DNA of 64,000 nucleotides from Dehalococcoidia bacterium (GTDB lineage Bacteria; Chloroflexota; Dehalococcoidia; Plut-88900): NCBI GenBank assembly GCA_965207225.1, contig CBDBLV010000005.1, positions 416,001 to 480,000 of the forward strand, read 5' to 3'. Shown piece by piece: positions 58,926 to 64,000 of this stretch (position 1 is its first letter; each line of letters starts with the position of its first letter). The notes under the pieces were generated by a model. It saw only the letters and a program-made list of their open reading frames with translations, ran no database searches and was not told where the DNA came from. The position numbers and the translations under genes were made by a program.

Positions 58926-59261
58926 TCAATGATAGTCGTTGACTTCGATGATAGTGATCGCAGTCACTTGTCCCCTATCAATACCTCCCTCCTCCCTCTC
59001 TGGTACTGGGTCGTGATTCGGCACGAAAATGAGTCTTTGCGGATTTACTAGGTCCACCGCAAACTGGCCCTGTCGGTCTGCACTGAGTTGATGGAGCCGG
59101 TCAGGTTTCCTGGTTGGCACAAGAGACAGGTTACTAGCGTTACTGAGAACCGCGAGGCGGCTCTGGATCTCACGGGCCATTTGATTACCATATTTTTTCT
59201 TAATTTCTTTACTAGAATTGAAGATTTTTTGAAGCTTCTTTGATCTAAAGGTGATTTCCAC
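58926..59261 (-). CDS. higB: HigB/RelE-like 'killer' toxin
   Basis: MEITF..KKL.K, RLHQLSADRQGQFAVDL...RLIF, IIEVNDYH; directly upstream of higA. Confidence 0.85.
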   Translation of the reverse strand: MEITFRSKKLQKIFNSSKEIKKKYGNQMAREIQSRLAVLSNASNLSLVPTRKPDRLHQLSADRQGQFAVDLVNPQRLIFVPNHDPVPEREEGGIDRGQVTAITIIEVNDYH

Positions 59262-59460
59262 AAGAGCACCTCGGCCTTACCGCAATATGCGACCTTACCC
59301 GTAATGTCCTCATGATTTTCCTCCTTAGCGTTACCTATTAGGTAATGATTATACTCTCGTTCGTTAACCTTTGCAAGGCAAGGCTCAGAAACGTATTAAG
59401 CTCCCCCCTCCCCCCGACAACAAATGCGTTAACATATCCCCACTCTTTGGTGCATAGACC

Positions 59461-60465
59461 ATGAAGCAGATCACCATAATCGGCCTCGGACTGATCGGCG
59501 GCTCCCTCGGCCTCGCCCTCCGGGGCCCGACCCTCCACATCGTCGGCTGGGACACCTCCCGCGACTCCGTCTCCCGGGCCCTGAAAATGGGTGCTATCGA
59601 CACAGGCGCCCAGTCCCTCCCCGCCTCTGTCGACTCCTCAGACCTCGTCATCCTCGCCACCCCCCTGCTCGCCATGCCCGAAGTGATGAAAGAAATCGCC
59701 CCAGCCCTCCCCCCCGACACCACCGTCACCGACACCGGCAGCACCAAGGGCGCGGTAATGGACTGGGCCCAGACCCACCTCCCCGGTATCAATTTCGTGG
59801 GAGGCCACCCCATGGCCGGCAAAGAAGTGCCGGGCGTTGAAAACGCCGATGCCGACCTCTTCAAAGGCGCAACCTACTGCGTTTGTCCCTCCCCCACCGC
59901 CTCCCGGGCTGCCATTGATGCCGTACTGAGCGTGGTGGAAAAGGTCGGCGCCATACCCTACTTCCCCGAGCCCCGTGAACACGACGCTATGGTCGCAGCC
60001 ACCAGCCACCTTCCCCTCATCCTCTCATCTGCCCTGATGACCCTTGTCTCATCCTCCGAGTCCTGGAGAGAGATGCGCCGCGTCGCCTCCTCCGGCTTCT
60101 CGGGCGCTACCCGCCTAGCCTCCACCGTTCCATCCATGTCCACCGGCATCTGCGTCACCAACCGCGAAGCCATCGAGCACTGGATCGACCGCTACATCGA
60201 AGAGCTACTGGGCTACAAGGCCCTCCTTGCGGCCGGTGATGATGATATCCAAACAGGTCTGACCGCCGCCCGAGACGCCCGTGAAAACTGGCTCTCAGCC
60301 CACGACGCTTCTCCCGACTGGCGCCCTCCTCCCGTGCCCGGCGTTGCCCAGCAGCTAAGCAGCCTCCTCCTCGGCGAGGCCCTCGTCAACCGCGGCCGAA
60401 AGCTCATGGGTCTCTACGAAAGAGGTGCTGCGGGTGGCCGAGATAAGAGCAAAGGAGCCTCCTAG
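59461..60465 (+). CDS. tyrA: Prephenate/arogenate dehydrogenase
   Basis: IIGLGLIGGS, TDTGSTK, GGHPMAGKE, EHD..VA..SHLP, TRLAS. Confidence 0.94.
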   Translation: MKQITIIGLGLIGGSLGLALRGPTLHIVGWDTSRDSVSRALKMGAIDTGAQSLPASVDSSDLVILATPLLAMPEVMKEIAPALPPDTTVTDTGSTKGAVMDWAQTHLPGINFVGGHPMAGKEVPGVENADADLFKGATYCVCPSPTASRAAIDAVLSVVEKVGAIPYFPEPREHDAMVAATSHLPLILSSALMTLVSSSESWREMRRVASSGFSGATRLASTVPSMSTGICVTNREAIEHWIDRYIEELLGYKALLAAGDDDIQTGLTAARDARENWLSAHDASPDWRPPPVPGVAQQLSSLLLGEALVNRGRKLMGLYERGAAGGRDKSKGAS

Positions 60466-60467
60466 CG

Positions 60468-61772
60468 GTGCCTTACCAGGTCACTCCCGCCGGCTCGATT
60501 GAAGGGGAGTTGGAACCCCCCGGAGACAAGAGCATATCCCACCGGGCCGTAATCCTCGGCAGCCTCGCCCACGGCGTCACTAAAGTCAGCAATTTCCTCC
60601 ACGGCGCCGACACCGCCGCTTCCATCTCTTGCCTCCAGGCCCTGGGCATCGACATCCGAGTCGAAGAACCCAATCCCGACTCGCGCGGCCTCAACGTCAC
60701 CGTCCAGGGTCATGGCCGTGAGGGCTTCCGCGAACCCGAGCAGGTCCTCGACGTCCGCAACAGCGGCACTACCATGCGGGTGATGTCCGGTATCCTTGCT
60801 TCCCTCCCCTTCCTCTCCGTGCTCACCGGCGACGACTCCCTCGTCCGTCGCCCCATGCGCCGGGTCATCGACCCCCTGCGCCACATGGGCTCCGACATCT
60901 TTGGCCGCGCCGATGACAACTATCCCCCGCTCGTCATCAGGGGTGGGCAGCTCCGGGGCATCGAATACGCACCCCGGGTGATGAGCGCCCAAGTCAAGAC
61001 CGCCGTCCTGCTGGCGGGCCTCGCCGCCGAGGGATCCACCATCGTAAATCAGGCTTCGGCGACCAGGGACCACACCACGAGAATGCTCCGCTCCATGGGA
61101 GCCCACATCACCGTCAACGGTGACAGTGTCGAACTCACGCCCGGCGAACTGAACGCCACCGACCTCCAGGTTCCCGGCGACATCAGCTCCGCAGCCCCGT
61201 GGCTCGTGCTCGCCGCCGCCCATCCCCACGCCCGGCTCCGCCTCACCAACGTCGGCGTGAACCCGGGCCGCATCGGCATCATCCGCGTCCTCAAATCCAT
61301 GGGCGCCGCCATAGCCCTCGAAGACCTGCCCCCCGCCGGCGCCGAACCTATGGCAGATATCGCCGTACAAAGCAGCAACCTCAAAGCCGTCACCATCGAA
61401 GGCGAGATAATTCCCTACGTCATCGACGAAATTCCCATCCTCGCCCTTGCCGCGACTCAGGCAAACGGTGAGACCATCATCAGGGATGCCGCCGAGCTCC
61501 GGGTCAAGGAATCAGACAGGATCACGACGACTGTGGCCGAGCTCCGCAAGCTCGGTGCCGACATTGAAGAGCTCCCCGACGGCATGGTCATCAGGGGCCC
61601 CACCAACCTGAAGGGCGCACTATGCCGTAGCCACGGCGACCATCGCCTGGCCATGACCCTCGGCGTCGCTGGCCTCCTGGCCCAGGACGAGACCATTATC
61701 TATGACCCCGAGTGCGTCGAAGTCTCATACCCTGGCTTCTGGAAAGACCTGGAATCCCTGGGAGCCGGCTGA
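60468..61772 (+). CDS. aroA: 3-phosphoshikimate 1-carboxyvinyltransferase (EPSP synthase)
   Basis: PGDKSISHRA, NSGTTMR, SAQVK, RDHT, PGDISSA, RVKESDRI, DHRLAM. Confidence 0.97.
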   Translation: MPYQVTPAGSIEGELEPPGDKSISHRAVILGSLAHGVTKVSNFLHGADTAASISCLQALGIDIRVEEPNPDSRGLNVTVQGHGREGFREPEQVLDVRNSGTTMRVMSGILASLPFLSVLTGDDSLVRRPMRRVIDPLRHMGSDIFGRADDNYPPLVIRGGQLRGIEYAPRVMSAQVKTAVLLAGLAAEGSTIVNQASATRDHTTRMLRSMGAHITVNGDSVELTPGELNATDLQVPGDISSAAPWLVLAAAHPHARLRLTNVGVNPGRIGIIRVLKSMGAAIALEDLPPAGAEPMADIAVQSSNLKAVTIEGEIIPYVIDEIPILALAATQANGETIIRDAAELRVKESDRITTTVAELRKLGADIEELPDGMVIRGPTNLKGALCRSHGDHRLAMTLGVAGLLAQDETIIYDPECVEVSYPGFWKDLESLGAG

Positions 61773-61773
61773 C

Positions 61774-62343
61774 GTGGCCCCGCTCCTTGTGGTGTTCTCG
61801 GGCCCTAGCGGCGTCGGCAAGGACACCCTCATCGACAAACTCCTCGAGTCCGAGCCCCGTATGCGCAAAATAGCCACCGTTACCACCCGTCCCCCCAGGC
61901 CTGGAGAGGTCGAAGGCATCCACCACTATTTCGTCTCCCCCGAACGCTTCCAGGAGCTAATCGCCGAAGGCGCACTCCTCGAACACGCCCGCGTCTACGA
62001 CAACTGGTACGGCGTCCCCAGGGCCGACGTGGATAAACTCATCGGTGACGGCTGGGACGTCATCCTCCGCACCGACATCCAGGGAGTAGCCTTTATAAAG
62101 GCCCTCGCCCCCCACGCCCTGACCATCTTCATAGCCCCTGTTGATATGGCCGACCTCGAAGCCCGGCTCCGGCGCAGGGGCGGCGCAGAGACCGAAGACC
62201 GGACCCTCAGGCTGGAAACGGCCAGACGAGAAATGGAAGCCGCCCGCACCTTCGACCACGTCGTCGTCAACCCCGAAAACGCCCTCGACTCAGCCGTGGA
62301 AAGCGTCAGGCGGATATTGGCAAAGGAGCGCTCCCGACCCTAG
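61774..62343 (+). CDS. gmk: Guanylate kinase
   Basis: SGPSGVGKDT, TTRPPRPGEVEGIHHYF, LEHA.V...YG. GTG at 61774 just after the aroA stop chosen as start. Confidence 0.95.
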   Translation: MAPLLVVFSGPSGVGKDTLIDKLLESEPRMRKIATVTTRPPRPGEVEGIHHYFVSPERFQELIAEGALLEHARVYDNWYGVPRADVDKLIGDGWDVILRTDIQGVAFIKALAPHALTIFIAPVDMADLEARLRRRGGAETEDRTLRLETARREMEAARTFDHVVVNPENALDSAVESVRRILAKERSRP

Positions 62344-62642
62344 AGGTCGTGGTTGTAGTAGACGCTGACGTCGTAGTCCTCCAGGATCGGGGGCTCCGCC
62401 CATACGTCTCCCATCGTCCTCATCTGCTGGGCGTAGTACCCGTCCGTATTCCGCTCAATCACCTGCTCCTTGGTCTCCCAGATGGTGATGGAGAACCCTT
62501 TCCCCGTGTCGGGATTGGTCAGCAATATCCCCATCTTGTACCCTTCGGTCCTCTTTGAGTTATCGATGGATTCTTCGTAGCGTCTCACAGCCTCCGCAGC
62601 TGTTTCTGGCTTTACCTTCAGGGTGACTACTCTCGCGTGCAT
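62340..62642 (-). CDS. Antibiotic biosynthesis monooxygenase (ABM)-like dimeric alpha/beta barrel protein
   Basis: MHARVVT..., GKGFSITIWET, P..E.YDV; GGAGG RBS before ATG 62642. Confidence 0.75.
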   Translation of the reverse strand: MHARVVTLKVKPETAAEAVRRYEESIDNSKRTEGYKMGILLTNPDTGKGFSITIWETKEQVIERNTDGYYAQQMRTMGDVWAEPPILEDYDVSVYYNHDL

Positions 62643-62667
62643 AGGTTGACCTCCGGGGCAAAAGTAA

Positions 62668-62766
62668 TGGCGGGAGCGGGAGGGAGTCGAACCCACCGTG
62701 GACGCCGAAGGGAGCCCACCGGACGGATTTGAAGTCCGCGGAGCCCACCGGGACCCATCCGCTCCC
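62668..62766 (-). tRNA. selC: tRNA-Sec (anticodon UCA)
   Basis: Minus strand GGGAGCGG...GGACTTCAAATCC...long variable arm...GGTTCGACTCC...CCGCTCCCGCCA; 8-bp acceptor stem, encoded CCA, 99 nt; TAGAAT -10-like at 62781-62786. Confidence 0.95.
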
Positions 62767-62794
62767 GAGGCGGGCGGTTGATTCTAACACAGGC

Positions 62795-62843
62795 AAAAGA
62801 GGGCCGGGGCCCGACTCACGTCGATTGCCCCGGCCTGCTCTTT
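62795..62843 (-). terminator. Putative intrinsic terminator downstream of trxA
   Basis: GGCCGGGGC...GCCCCGGCC stem flanked by AAAAGAG and CTCTTT. Confidence 0.55.
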
Positions 62844-62867
62844 GCTTCTTCAGTTTTGAAATGTTGG

Positions 62868-63194
62868 CTAGGCCAGCACCGACTCCACCTTCTTCACCAG
62901 CTCTCGCTTCGGTACTGCTCCGACCACCGTCTCTGCCACCGCCCCGTCCTTGAAGAACATAACGGTCGGTATGCTGCGGATGCGGTATCCCGTGGTGACC
63001 TCCGGGGCATCATCCACGTTCAGCTTGGCGAACTGCATCTTGCCTTCGTATTCGGAGGCGAGTTCCTCAACTATCGGCGCAATCATCCGGCATGGCCCGC
63101 ACCACGGGGCCCAGAAGTCCACCAGGACCGGCACGTCCGACTCCAGCACTTCCTTCTGCCAGCTCTCGTCTCCTACTTCTATCGGCTTGCCCAT
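62868..63194 (-). CDS. trxA: Thioredoxin
   Basis: VLVDFWAPWCGPCRMIAP, KLNVD, IRSIPT; GGAGG RBS. Confidence 0.96.
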   Translation of the reverse strand: MGKPIEVGDESWQKEVLESDVPVLVDFWAPWCGPCRMIAPIVEELASEYEGKMQFAKLNVDDAPEVTTGYRIRSIPTVMFFKDGAVAETVVGAVPKRELVKKVESVLA

Positions 63195-63275
63195 TTCTTT
63201 CCTCCGGGTATATGACATGGCGCCTTCCCATGTTCTCGGCGCCCTATTTACCTATTGTCGGCTAGAGAAATTATA

Positions 63276-64000
63276 TCACAGGCTGTCCCCGACCCCCGAC
63301 TGAAACCACGGAAACTCTCCAACCATCACCCCCACCGCCCCGCCCGACTCCGATACTATGAGCAGCACCTTGTCCTCCTCCAACGCCACATAAACGCTCC
63401 TTTCCTCCGAGTCCCACCGCCGCACCCCTTCCCCCGAGACAGTGACCTCCCCCGGTTCGCTCCTCGGCGCCTCGTAGTACGAGACTACAGCATCGAAAAA
63501 GTCCTGCGCATCCTCACCCGAGTCCCATACGGAAAGCGACACCAACGCCGACTCATCAAGCTCCTCGTTGCGTACCAGGGAGTAGGCGTCGCCACCCCAG
63601 AATTCCGCCGCGTTCGCAGCCCTGAATCTCGGCAGCCGGTTCTCCAGGTATAGGGAGATCACAAACTCGCCCAGCACTCCCTTCTCCACGACCTCCCACC
63701 CACCCCCGAGGGCCGAGGCCAGCGCCGGCATCCGCACCGTCACCGGCTCTTCCCTCTCGAAGTACTTGTCGGGGTGCAGGATTTGCTCAGTGGACAGCGG
63801 CGGGTCCGAGTAGGCCGCATCAACCGACTCCCAGCCTCCATCGCCATGCACCACCGCTGCAAACCTTGCCCCTTCCCTGTAGGGAAATACCAGCAACTCT
63901 CTCAGGGCCCGTGGAATTTCCGAGAGGCCGGTGCCACCCCCTCCCGACGAATACACCTGCCTGATCTCCGACCGTGTCAAATGGGCCCTTAGGTATTCCG
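63276..64000 (-). CDS. C-terminal part of a secreted putative metallopeptidase-associated protein (runs off right edge)
   Basis: Frame open to the window end; FPY.EG.RF, PPLSTEQILHPDKY, LGE, AA..WGGD motifs. Confidence 0.7.
   Translation of the reverse strand, partial: EYLRAHLTRSEIRQVYSSGGGGTGLSEIPRALRELLVFPYREGARFAAVVHGDGGWESVDAAYSDPPLSTEQILHPDKYFEREEPVTVRMPALASALGGGWEVVEKGVLGEFVISLYLENRLPRFRAANAAEFWGGDAYSLVRNEELDESALVSLSVWDSGEDAQDFFDAVVSYYEAPRSEPGEVTVSGEGVRRWDSEERSVYVALEEDKVLLIVSESGGAVGVMVGEFPWFQSGVGDSL

Noticed and set aside
41793-61370. Long antisense ORFs (e.g. 42209..43267, 43975..45186, 53701..54666, 60462..61370) and the off-frame 41793..42995
   Set aside because: They overlap well-supported genes and are expected from high-GC codon bias.
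62340-62766. selC as an integration site for an island
   Set aside because: No integrase and no duplicated tRNA 3' end noticed in the window.

Overview
A GC-rich bacterial window. The gene content (pyrG-tal-rho, tyrA-aroA-gmk, selC, LLM and TauD oxygenases, many eukaryote-like repeat proteins) suggests Chloroflexota/Dehalococcoidia (SAR202-like), possibly host- or sponge-associated; this is inference only. The left ~43 kb is an accessory surface/sensing region. It holds two paralogous giant secreted FN3-stalk proteins with near-identical signal peptides and a shared non-coding upstream region but unrelated catalytic tips. One is a >2580-aa ORF missing from the ORF track, with a phospholipase A2-like tip; the other is 2615 aa with a metzincin tip. 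The region also has three plant-type LRR modules, a TolB-like propeller, a NarX/NarL-type two-component system and a lipoprotein of eight Cache-like domains. Four paralogous NCS2 (xanthine/uracil permease-fold) proteins have lost the canonical substrate residues but share a conserved RsbW/HATPase-like C-terminal domain. The right part has a perfect tandem IS1380-family pair, housekeeping genes, a HigB/HigA-ImmA-type module and tRNA-Sec. Two genes carry in-frame TAA stops. All calls come from manual reading and translation; no database searches were run.
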